NCBI GenBank assembly: GCA_026770705.1 | Contig: JANJGN010000032.1 | Coordinates: forward strand, 18,600,001 to 18,664,000 | Direction: 5' to 3' | Source: Isurus oxyrinchus | Taxonomy: Eukaryota | Length of the DNA stretch: 64,000 bases | Part shown: in pieces, positions 1 through 10,920 of the stretch | Layout: every line of letters begins with the position of its first letter | How positions within the stretch are numbered: position 1 is the first letter of the stretch | Notes under the pieces: model-generated | The model's database searches: none | What the model saw: only the letters and a program-made list of their open reading frames with translations | Told to the model about the DNA's origin: nothing | Program-made: the position numbers and the translations under genes

Positions 1-1648
1 CAGACATGCATGCTTCTGAGCTGCTCTTTCATCCGTGGTGCTCACAGTCAATCCATCTGTTTTTATGCAGGACAAGATTTTCCACAACAAGAGGGAGAGA
101 TCCTATGCAGATGACACTAAGGTTGGAGGAGTTGCAGATAGTGAAGAGGATTGTCAAAGGATACAACAGGATATAGATTGGTTGGAGACTTGGGCGGAGA
201 AATGGCAGATGGAGTTTAATCCGGACAAATGTGAGGTAATGCATTTTGGAAGATCTAATACAGGTAGGAATTGTACAGTAAATGGCAGAACCCTTAAGTG
301 CATTAACGGGCAGAGGGGTCTGGGTGTACAGGTCCACAGGTCACTGAAAGTGGCAACGCAGGTGGATAAGGTAGTCAGGAAGGCATATGGCATGCTTGCA
401 TTCATTGGCAGGGCTATTGAGTATAAAAGTTGGGAAGTCATGCTGCAGCTGTATAGAACCTTGGTTAGGCCACACTTGGAATATTGCGTGCAATTCTGGT
501 CACCACATTATGGATATGGAGGTGTTGGAGAGGGTGCAGAGGAGGTTTACCAGGTTGCTGTCTGGTCTGGAGGTTATTAGCTATGAGGAGTGGTTGGAGA
601 AACTCGGATTGTTCTCACCAGAGCGACAGAGATTGAGGGGCGACTTGATAGAAGTTTACAAAATTATGAGTGGCATGGACAGAGTAGATAGAAGCTTTTT
701 CCCAGGGTGGAAGAGTCAATTACTAGGGGACATAGATTTAAGGTGAGAGGAGAAAACTATAGAGGAGATGTGCGGGGCAAGTTTTTTACGCAGAGGGTAG
801 TGAGTGTCTGGAATTCGCTGCCAGAGGAGGTGGTGGAAGCAGGTACGATAGTGGTGTTTAAGAGGCAGCTTGACAAATACATGAATAGGATGGGAATAGA
901 GGGATACGGACCCCGGAAGTGCAAAACGTTTTAGTTGACGGGCAATGTGATCGGCACAGGCTTGGAGGGCCGAAGGGCCTGTTCCTGTGCTGTACTTTTC
1001 TTTGTTCTTCTTTATCCCAGACTGGGGGTGGGGGGGAATGCTGCAGTTGAGGGCACTCTCCCCCTACAAGGAACAGACAGCAGAACTTGCTGGAGAGGAT
1101 CGGGATCGCTCCTGTGTGGAAGGCAAGATCGGCCTCCCCTAAAAAGCCAGTGAGGGTCCATCCAGTATACACATGGACAATGACTGTGAGTGACTTATAA
1201 TGCAGTCAATCACTAATTATTTCTTTTCTCTATTCCATCCACCAGCAAGAAAAGGAGGGAGACCACCAGCCAGCATCTCAGCCCCAGCCCCCAGACCACC
1301 TCGGATGAGGATCCTGAGGAAGCATCTAATGAAGCCCATCACTGCATTCACTTGCACCCTCCACCAGCGCAGATACACGCACCTTGGTGGGTCCTAGTTC
1401 TAGAGTAGTCTTGGGGTCACTATCGGTGATCGCCTTATGGACACGTATCCACAGCAGGTGGAGGCAGTGACAGCCGAGGTATCTGCCACGCAGAGGATTC
1501 TGGAGACCAGGCCCCTGCAGACTCTGAGTCTGATGATGAGCCTCTGGAATCAGGCCTGAGAGAAATGTTGAAGATGCAGAGATGGGCAGGAAAACATCAG
1601 GCAGAGTTGTCAGAGATTGTCAGCAGATTAGAACAAAGAATGGAGGAG
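1..1648 (+). mobile_element. Harbinger/PIF-like DNA transposon remnant (Myb/SANT-gene half, downstream exons), interrupted by a CR1 insertion at 104-1013
   Basis: 55-103 joined to 1018-1030 (ccatctgtttttatgcag gacaagattttccacaacaagagggagagatcc|cagactgggggt) parallels 63811-63872 of the Myb-encoding element at the window end. Confidence 0.65.
104..1013 (+). mobile_element. 5'-truncated CR1 LINE (RT C-terminus plus 3'UTR), frameshifted
   Basis: YADDTK...WQMEFNPDKCEVMHFG...[19 protein letters not shown], then [13 protein letters not shown] and TRGHRFKV in shifted frames; ATCC duplication at 100-103 and 1014-1017. Confidence 0.95.
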
Positions 1649-1838
1649 AGGCAGTGGCATTGTCATTAGACTGGTAATTCAGAGACTCAGGGTAATTCTC
1701 TGAGGACCTGGGTTCAAATCCTACCACAGCAGATAGTGAAATTTGAATCTGGAATTTAAAGTCTGATGATGCCCATGAAACCGTTGTCGATTGTTGTAAA
1801 AACCCATCTGGGTCACTAATGTCCTTTAGGGAAGGAAG
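1648..1838 (+). mobile_element. tRNA-derived SINE fragment
   Basis: B-box-like gggttcaaatcc near 1710; related reverse copies near 33110-33225 and 62160-62335. Confidence 0.6.
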
Positions 1839-2139
1839 GTCGGATACCTACTGGACTAATTGGTTTTAATGTCCAGCTGATTTTCACTGCTTTTCTTCAA
1901 ATATCTGCTCTCAAACTTGCTTGACTTGCAAAATGAAAGTTAAGTTTCAATCCTTGTTTCCATGCAGAAAAATTCAATTTGTAGAGTAAAAGTAACTCAG
2001 TTATAACAAAAATAGAAAATGACGGCAATTTCCAGCACAGTTGGGCAGATATTTCTTGTGGGCTTATCATTCTGTTATTATCATGGATGAAGTGCAAGGA
2101 GCAGCGCAGAATAGAATTCAGGAGAGTCAAGTATTATTT

Positions 2140-2512
2140 AAAAAGGACGGAGGAGGGCTGACCTAACAGAGGTCTTTAAAATTATGGAAAGGTTTGATAA
2201 GGCAAACAATGTTTCCACTGGTAAGGAAACCCAGGCTGGGGGTCTTACATATAAGATAGTCACTAATAAATCCAATAGGGAATTCAGGAGAAACTTTTTT
2301 AACCAGAGAGTGGTTAGAATGTAGGAGCAGTTGAGGCAAATTGTGTAGATACATTTAAAGGGAAGCTTGATAAACACATGAAGGAGAAAATAATTGAAGA
2401 ATGTGCTGATAGGGTTAGGTGGAGAGGTAGGAGACAGCATAGCAATAAACACAGGCATAGATCTGTTGAGCTGAATGGCCTGTTTTTATGCTATAAATGC
2501 TATGTAGTTCCA
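2140..2512 (+). mobile_element. CR1 LINE 3' fragment
   Basis: Degenerate RGDL-EVFKIM and FFTQRVV coding plus CR1-type 3'UTR (gctgaatggcctgttt). Confidence 0.8.
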
Positions 2513-5384
2513 TGTATCCTACCCCTTGTGAGCAACCACATTGGAGCTCAAGGGTTCTGAACTGTCCGTTGTTGGTTTAAGTCTCATTTATCATGCAATT
2601 CCCCATTTCCTACAAACCGCACCCCCTCAACACCCCAGTTCCTCCTAAGAAAACTGGAGTTACTGGAGGAAGCCACTGAGAAAAAAAATGTTAGTGTGAG
2701 CTAGTAGCAACAGCTTTTACCAAAATGAAACACTGAACTTTAATGGGGTATTGTCTTCTTGTGACACTTTATTAGATTTGTGAACAGGAAATAGCAAACA
2801 ATGGCATCAACACATCACCAATCACATCTGCTGCTGCAAATTTGCAAAAGTTAATAAGAGCAACACTTGAAAGCCTTCAGAAAATAGGTACAATATCTAC
2901 TGCAAGGCAAGCTGACGTTTGAGTGCAGTGTTTTTCTTTGACTTCTTGTTTCGGCTTGACTTTTTCAAGAATTTGGTTCTCTAACTGCCCCCGCACCACA
3001 ATTCAAATTTTTCTTAAAAAGCGTACCTTGCCATAGAAGACCCTTCTTGAAAATCAAAGAATTAACTTTCCATTAATTATTGTTCAAATAAATTTTCTCA
3101 TCTCTCTTTCCCTTGATCTCCCTGTACCACGCAATAACTGTGGTTAAGCAGGTAAGCCACATGCTTTCTGCTAACAGTGAGTACAAATCATACATTGGTG
3201 TGCTATAGCAATCAATGATGGTCCAAGGTGTTGTGTTGCATTTCTTTATTTAAAAAATTAGTTCAGAGCTTTTGTCGGGAGATCTGACTTGTCCTCATGG
3301 TTCATAGGAATTAAATCAACATTAGCAGATACAATAATCAGGGCCAGGTGTTTCAACACTTTTCACCATTTAAACTCTGTTGTTTCACTCTGTTGAGGTC
3401 AGTAACTGCTCCATGCTATTTTCCCTTTTGATGGAATAACCAGTATTAATTGTATGTAAAGGAAAATTTTTCAACACAAAAATCTCTCAACAAAGATATC
3501 ATGGCTAACAAAATGGAGGAGCAATCTCAATGAGCCAAATGATCTGCCCCTCCTATGTCATGAAATTAAGCTCTTTAATGCTGTGATTTATAAAAGGGGA
3601 GGGGAGAAGACTAATGAGGAGACTCCTTCTTTCAGATTGATTTTTTTTCTGGCAAGTTACAATTGATGTTAGAAGGAATGCACTGCAATTTAAATTATTG
3701 ACCAAAAGATGGGGCTCAAATGATTTGTCACTTAGCTTCTTTCTTTATCATTCCCAAATACAAAGGAATCATGCATTTATATTATGAGGTGTGTGAGCAA
3801 TAAATTGATTATTACAGAATTACATCCATTCCTTTTAGAAAATCTGCTGAACTTTATGAAATTGAAAGCCAGTGTTTTCTCTCTTTATCTACATAAACAA
3901 TCAGTCTAGATCTAAATTAGGCAATTAAAATAGTCCTATCTCCATGTTAACAGACCTGGAATATTACTAAGTGCCAGTTCCCATCCTGAGGTTTATTATT
4001 ATTTTCGCTTCAAATTCACAATTTCTATTTACATGCAACAGAAATATCTAATGGGAAGAAATCATAAATATCCAACACCGTATTGTATTCCTTGGGTCCC
4101 CAACAGGTCCCTAACATGTATTAGACACTAACTGTTCCCTGTCATAAATATTGGTGCATTTTGAGGAACACATATGAATGTCTTACTGTGCAACAGCAGC
4201 TAGGAGTGAGATCTGAAAAGAATGCTTTTCCCCCAGTGTCTAAGGAATAGGCAAGAAGCTGTCAAAAGACTGTGTTTATCCCTGATTCAGGCCCCTTTTT
4301 TAAGCAGCACCTCATTTGTATTTCAGCTGTGCTGCCTGTACCTGCTGTTGAAATAAATTGATAGATTCTATTTTACATGGGCTGCGTGTCAGGCCATCCT
4401 GGGATCTTATTAAAAAGTGCACAGGTTTGACTGACGACTCACATTTCTTCATCCACATCCTTGCTGGGCGAGTGTCTGAGGAATAACTTTATGGAATTAT
4501 TCAGAAAAAAAAATCAATGTGCAGGCTTGTCACACACAGGTCAATCCTCCCTGCAAGTAGGAGTCTCTTACCAAACTGTCAATATTTTTCAAATCCACTG
4601 CATAAATCATCTCTAACAAAATATGTGCAGACTTCTGCTTTCTCTTACACCTGGATTTAATACTTCCTTTCATCTCTATTTGCGCAGATTGAATAGAAAC
4701 AAATTCAATGGATTTTTTTCTTCAAAGTTGCACCAGAAGTATTTTACAAACTAATCACCCCCTTTTTTTGTCAAATGTACATTTGCCCCTTTATTATTTT
4801 GTCTGTCTGCCTACACCCCCCCCCCCCTTCATTTACCTCTCCAGATCTTTGTTTTATTATTATCCTTGGTCAAGGTGAGATGTCCTAAACAGCTTTTCAC
4901 TCTCCAGAAAATGTTTGCGCTGCTGTTAAATGATCCACAAGGAGGTGCTCATGAGCTAAAAGCAGTGGGGAGAAGGAGACCAGGAGTCTGTCTTCCACAC
5001 CTCACCAGTCAAAATTCCACTGGGCTGCATATGACTAATTTGAAAGTTGCAAAAATTTGTCTTCTTTGGCAGCTATTTTCATGTCAAAACTCCCAGGGAC
5101 CCATCCTAACTTCTGAAAGGCAGTATCAGCTGCACAAAGGGAAATGACCCTACCATTGCTGCAAGTTTTTTTTTTAAACTAGCAAGCAGCCTCAGAAGTG
5201 ACACAAATAATTCAGCGAATACAGAAAAGTAGAAGAATATGGAATTCTCAAGACACTGCTCGCAGCATATAGTACATGCAAACCAGCAGAAATCTGGTGA
5301 CCTTGTGGATTCCCTCTTGTGGAACTAAGGGATACATTGGCACCCACTTTCAAAACACATGTTCTATTGAAGCTTATGCATGAA

Positions 5385-6545
5385 TCATAGAAAGGTTGCA
5401 GCACAGGAGGAGGATGTTAGGCCCACTAAGTCCATGACAACTCTCTGCAAGAGCAATTCACCCAGTCCCACTCCCCTGCCTTTTCTCCATAGCCCTGCGA
5501 ATTTTTTTCTCTTCAGATAATGATCCAATTCTATTTTTAAAACCACGATTGAGTCTGCCTCCACCATACTCAAGCAGTGCATTCAAGATCCTAACCACTC
5601 ACTGTATAAAAAGGTTTTTCCTCATGTCACTGTTCCTTCTTTTCCCAATCACCTTAAATTGGTATCCTCTAGTTCTCGATCCTTACACCAATGGGAATAG
5701 TTTCTCCCTATCTACTCTGTACAGTGTGACGAATATCTAGTTCATGGTTCATGTTAATATTTTGGAGGTAATGTTTAGTTTTGGGAAGTTTAAAGTTTAA
5801 CTGTAGAAAATGGGATAAATGCAACTAAAGCAGCTTGGAGTCTATTACACTTAAAGGTTGAGGGCATGTTGACTAAAGGAGTTAACAGCTAGAAAGGTAA
5901 GAGCCATAAAACAGCAAGTGGCCTGACTTAGCTGGAGACGTAATGTCTACACTGCTTGCAAAGAAACGCAGTCCAAACAGCTGTTTTGTTTTGATAGTGC
6001 TAAATTAATTTAAAAGTGTTCAGCAAACCTTGAAGACCAGGTCATCACGGAGACAGTTTGCCTATTAATTCATATTTACCTCATGTTAATTCTGAATGTT
6101 AGGGTATAAGAGAGATATTGTAGAATGCTTTATTTTTCTGATTTTGTATAGTAAAGTTTATTTTGTTTGTTTTCAACCGTGTAATCTTGTGGCCTTATTC
6201 TCTTCACAGGTAACTGAGATTTCAAACTTTGTCTACTTTAAACAAAAAGTTACTAGTACCGGATCATAACACCAGATCCCTCATAATTTTAAACACCTCT
6301 ATCAACTCTCCTCTCAACTTTCTTTTGTCAAAGGAAAACAGCCCCAGTTTCTTCAATCTATCTACATAACTGAAGTCCCTCAGCTCTGAAACCATTTTCA
6401 TGAATTTTTTCTTCATCCCCTCTAAAGCCTTCACATCCTTCCTAAAGCGTGGTGCCCAGAATTGGACACTACTCCAGTTGAGGCTGAATTAATATTTTCC
6501 AAAGGTTTACTATAACTTCCTTGTTTCTGTACTCTATGTCCCTAT
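5385..6545 (-). mobile_element. CR1 LINE 3' fragment split by a solo LTR
   Basis: 5385-5720 and 6272-6545 are contiguous minus-strand CR1 sequence (ctatctactctgt|ccagatccctcataattt). Confidence 0.8.
5725..6271 (+). mobile_element. Solo LTR (Gypsy-like), 547 bp
   Basis: TGTGACGA...TCATAACA termini; 4-bp target duplication ACAG/CCAG (one mismatch); TATA-like gtataaa near 6104 and AGTAAA near 6149; cleanly interrupts a CR1. Confidence 0.7.
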
Positions 6546-6949
6546 TATTCCCTCTCCAATACACAGAAGATGTTGCAGTGATATTTTCTCAGTACGTAAA
6601 TAAGAAATATGAATTGGAAGAAAGAATGGGGCACTGGAAATCACATTTGGACTGTTCTAACACAGTGCTGTAACAGGCATAATGAGACAAATTCCTCGCC
6701 TTGTGTTGCTAAACTACAATGATTCTAACATGCAACTGTTCAGTAAAGAAATCTGATAATGTAGGATCAACCCTGCAATACCACTTTCAGGGTGGAATGT
6801 GGTGAGCACTCCGAAAGGCATAAAACCATGTTGGACAGTAGCACAAGACAAGTGACAGTGAATTGGCACATTGCCCAATTCTCTTTGCAAAGGGATTCAA
6901 GACAGGGTGTAGAACAGGCAGCTGATTCGATATCGCCTATGTCGCATTA

Positions 6950-7062
6950 CTGCAGTCCACACGGTGTAGGTACACCCACAGTGCTGTTAGGGAGTGAATT
7001 CCAGGATTTTGACTCAACGACAGTGAAGGACGGCGATATAGTTCCAAGTCAGGATGGTGACT
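6950..7062 (-). mobile_element. Short 3' fragment of a non-LTR retrotransposon, same family as 57698-58632
   Basis: gtacacccacagtgctgttaggga...ttccaggattttgac closely matches 57772-57860. Confidence 0.75.
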
Positions 7063-7299
7063 ATCTATTAAAATACTTAAGTTGCTTTTTAAATAGCAAA
7101 GGGCAATTTACAGCAAATTGTCCTTTATGCACTCAATGGCAGTGAGTTCTTCTGTTTTTTTCTTATGTACCTGACAATCACAAGATTAGAATTTAGGAAA
7201 CAAGCACAGATGGCAGTGTCAGGAATACACAAAGCACATGCTCCTGAAAGCCAGTCTCCACTGCAAATACTTGAATGGCACTCAAAAGAAAATTTCAGT

Positions 7300-7710
7300 T
7301 GTAGCACTCTACCCTGAAAGTCAGAAAATTGTGGGTTCAAGTTCCACTCGAGAGTTTGACCACACATAGTATATAGGTTAACATTCCTAATGCAGTGCTG
7401 AGAAGTGCTACACTGTCAGAGGTCTTTTACATGAGACATTAAACTGAGGCCCCATCTGCCCTCCCTGGCAAATGCAAATAAAAAAAAAAATCCTTGGCAC
7501 TATTTTGAAGTAAAGCAGGGGAGCTATCCTAGCCAATATTTATACCTCAACTAACACCCTAAAAACAGATGATATGGTCGTTATCACGTTGCTGTTTATG
7601 GGAGCTTGCTATGCGCTGCGTCTCCTACATTACAACAGTGACTACACATCAAAAAGTACTTCATTGGCTTTGGGCACCCTAAAAGATGCTATATAAATGC
7701 AAGTCTTTCT
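7300..7710 (+). mobile_element. DeuSINE (SacSINE1/AmnSINE-like)
   Basis: tRNA-like head (gggttcaagttcc), Deu-type core (cactgtcagagg...ttaaactgaggccccatctgcc), L2-type tail (gctatataaatgcaagt). Confidence 0.75.
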
Positions 7711-8019
7711 ATGTGAATATTTCAGTATTTGAAAAGATGGTGGGAATGAATTTCACTGAGGCTTCTCCAACTATGCTGCCGTAACCGCAGTGGAAGTTCG
7801 GTGGAAACCCTTTTTTACACACGCATGCAAGGCATCAGCTGAAGTCAGGATGGCGGAAATGTCAAAGTCCTGAAGAAATGCACCTCCTTTTACTCATCAA
7901 GCCTATTTGTTCCATAGACCATGTCCAATTTGTTTCTTTTTCCCATGAACACTATCCAACTTACTTCATTTCCTGAGGGAGGTAAGTAATTAAGGGTGAA
8001 GCAAACAACAAGGACTCTT

Positions 8020-8855
8020 TGACAAAAACAGCTGGAAAATCTCAGCAGGTCTGACAGCATCTGTGGAGAGGAATGCAGAGTTAGTGTTTCAAGTCTGTAT
8101 GACTCTTCATCAGAACTAAAGAGAAATAGAAATGTGATGAAATATAAGCCATTTAAGGGGAGTTGGACAGTGAAGCCGGATAGAGGGCCAGTGATAGATG
8201 GAGGCAAAGGAGAGATTGCCAAAGATGTCATAAACAAAAGGTCAAAGGGGTGTTGACGGTGCTGATATTAGCTAAAGGATGAGCTAATGGTGACATTAAG
8301 GATATAAAGCAGGATGAGCAAGTGACAGATAGCCCTTGTGGGGGTGGGGTGGGGATCAAAGTAGGCTAAAAAGTGGGGGTAAAACAATATGGAAACAAAT
8401 TGTAAAAACAATAATGGAAATAGGTGGGAAAAGAAAAATATATTAAAAAAAGTATAATAATTATTAGAAAAAAAGGGGATAAAAAGGGGTGGGGACAGAG
8501 GAGAGAGATCACTGTCTGAAGTTGTTGAACTCAATGTTAAGTTCAGAAGGCTGTAAAGTGCCTAGTCGGAAGATGAGATGCTGTTCCTCCAGTTTGCGTT
8601 GAGCTTCACTGGAACAATGTAGCAAGCCAAGGATGGACATGTGGGCAAGAGAGCAGGGTGGAGTGTTGAAATGGCAAGCGACAGGGAGGTCTGGGTCATG
8701 CTTGCGGACAGACCGAAGGTGTTCTGCAAAGTGGTCACCCAGTTTGCGTTTGGTCTCTCCAGTGTAGAGGAGACCACATTGGGAGCAGTGAATGCAGTGG
8801 ACTAAATTGAGGGAAGTGCAAGTGAAATGCTGCTTCACTTGAAAGGAGTGTTTGA
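8020..8855 (-). mobile_element. Penelope-like element 3' portion with GIY-YIG endonuclease
   Basis: ORF 8509-8838: FTCTSLNLVHCIHCSQCGLLYTGETKRKLGDHFAEHLRSV...RKLEEQHLIFRLGTLQPSELNIEF; terminal region carries a hammerhead-like CTGATGA...GAAAC. Confidence 0.9.
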
Positions 8856-9453
8856 AAGAAAGGATTCTCTGACCCTGGGCTTTCTTGTCCAGTTTATGTA
8901 TAAGCTGTATGGAGAAGCATCAGAATGAAATAATGGCAAAAAGCTAGAAGAATGTACAGATAGTGAGATGGCTAAGTTAAGCAATGTTACAGAAAACCAG
9001 CCTGAGGAATGAAAAGAGATGTGCCCATTGAAAACTGTGACACCTTTTCAGCACTCGAAGGGTTCAGAGGAACCGTGAAATGGTTACACAGGTTTCTACT
9101 GCCCCCTAATGGTAAAATCTGCTGGGTACAATCCTCACAACCTTTTAATTCAATAGAAAAATCAGCAGGTTTAAGGGACAAAGTGTCCAGGTGCAAAAAA
9201 CCTAAAGGCTTGAACTAAGAGAAATTACATTGCATATATCTAAAGAAGTCACAAAGACAGAGTTTATGGCACAACAATAGCAATGGTGAGATCAATCACT
9301 ACTGGTACTATAATTTTTTTCATAGAGTTTACAACACAGAAACAGGCCATTTGGCCCAAATGCCAGTGTTTATGCTCCAGATAAGCTTCCTCTCTTCCCA
9401 CTTCATCTAATCCCATCACCATATCCTTCTATTCCTTTCTCTCTTATGGGAAA

Positions 9454-9816
9454 TAGGTTTGCCAAGTTTGGTTGGAGGTAGTATTCAAAATTTAATCACA
9501 TGGACCACCCATTTCCAACTGGCCCAGCTCCACACTCTTGTCATTGGTTGGCCAACGCACGAAGCCCTCCTTTGTCACCTGGAAAGTGAACAGACACTTC
9601 CTTACCAGATTGTATGATTCATGACCATCAGTCAAAATGCATTTTAACCATTTTCAATATTTCTATAACAACTGAGAATGTTCAAAGAAAATGAAAAGAA
9701 AAAAAGCTTTTTTTCAATGTCTCTGATTTTTGTCCTAGGTTGCTCACAGCAATGTCTGGGAAATCAATCTTTAATTCCTGGAGATTCCAGGACAATCCTG
9801 GAGGGCTGGCAACTTA
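9454..9816. mobile_element. Putative non-autonomous DNA transposon (MITE)
   Basis: Imperfect terminal inverted repeats taggtttgccaa / ctggcaactta. Confidence 0.45.
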
Positions 9817-10369
9817 TAATTGGGAAAACATGCAAAGTTCTTGAGTCAAACAGAGGGTGATCAACACATAGAATAAACTTGCAGGAAGAGCAGGAGGTGA
9901 CAATCTTAAACCATTTTGGTCCAATTCTGTGATCTGGCACCCTGTATGTACACTGCAATTCCACACTCTTATCCCAACGCCAGAATTGTAGACCCATCTT
10001 TTTATGATAGGCGACAGAAATTTAGTAATGCAAACATGAGGTACTGGTTCGTGGACGTAGGTCATCTGGATTGCCAATATAATAGCAGATTAAATCATTC
10101 AAATGCTGTTGGATGCTCTGCTCGGCAGAACTACCTCCCCTCATTGGGCTTGTGTAAATCTACTGTACTCTAAATGAAACGAAAATACTGCAAAGCATCT
10201 GGATAAAAGACTGGGGCAGATGACCACCTACCTATTGCAACAGACTCCTCCTACTCTTCTCTGGTACCAACTAGGATTACTTTAATGAGCAATCAAAATT
10301 AAAGGGACACAAACAATAATCCACATTATAATTAAAACACAAAGAAATTATATCGAATTAAATAATATT

Positions 10370-10920
10370 ATCATTCCGTGTGCACTACGTACGGAAAACT
10401 CTGGTGCCCACCTGTCAAGGAAAACCTTAAACAGAACTCGCGCAGACATCGCTCTCGCGCTCTGTCGCAAGCTGGAGCTCGCACGAAGTCTCGCAAGAAC
10501 GGACGAGATCTTGTAGGTTGCCCCGGTGATGTTTTTGCTCCGCGGTGACTGATTGGACGGTTCGGCGGAGGAACGGACCAATCGAACACTTACTATTTTT
10601 TTACGAACTGGACAGGAAAATTCAATATCGCCACGGAGGGAGCGAGTTGCCTGGATTGGAGTAAAGCGAGAGCGGGATCGGCTGGCAAAGGCAGAACAAA
10701 GGGCTACGATCAGAAATAAATAAAGTTGGAGAAGTTGTGCAGAGAGCGAAAAGCAGAGGCCTTATTTGCAAAAAAATAATTAACCGAGAATGGCCGCCGC
10801 TACCGTGAGGGGAGCGTCGAATTCGATAGTCCCCAGGTGAGTATATCCAGTAGGGCCGATAGGGAAACGAGTGACCCATCTTTATATTCAGATAGCTCCT
10901 GGCCAGAGATGGCGAGGACA
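10370..10920 (+). promoter_or_regulatory. CpG-island promoter of the TROAP-like gene with three CCAAT boxes
   Basis: Sharp CpG enrichment against a CpG-depleted background; ATTGG 10552, CCAAT 10578, ATTGG 10655; TCTCGCAAGA (one mismatch to TCTCGCGAGA) near 10489; directly upstream of ATG 10790. Confidence 0.8.
10790..10836 (+). CDS. TROAP: TROAP coding exon 1 ([15 protein letters not shown])
   Basis: gagaATGG in the CpG island; donor cag|gtgagt; phase 2 fits exon 2. Confidence 0.75.

Noticed and set aside
35-934. ORFs of 181, 119 and 75 aa as a host gene
   Set aside because: Frameshifted CR1 reverse-transcriptase remnant
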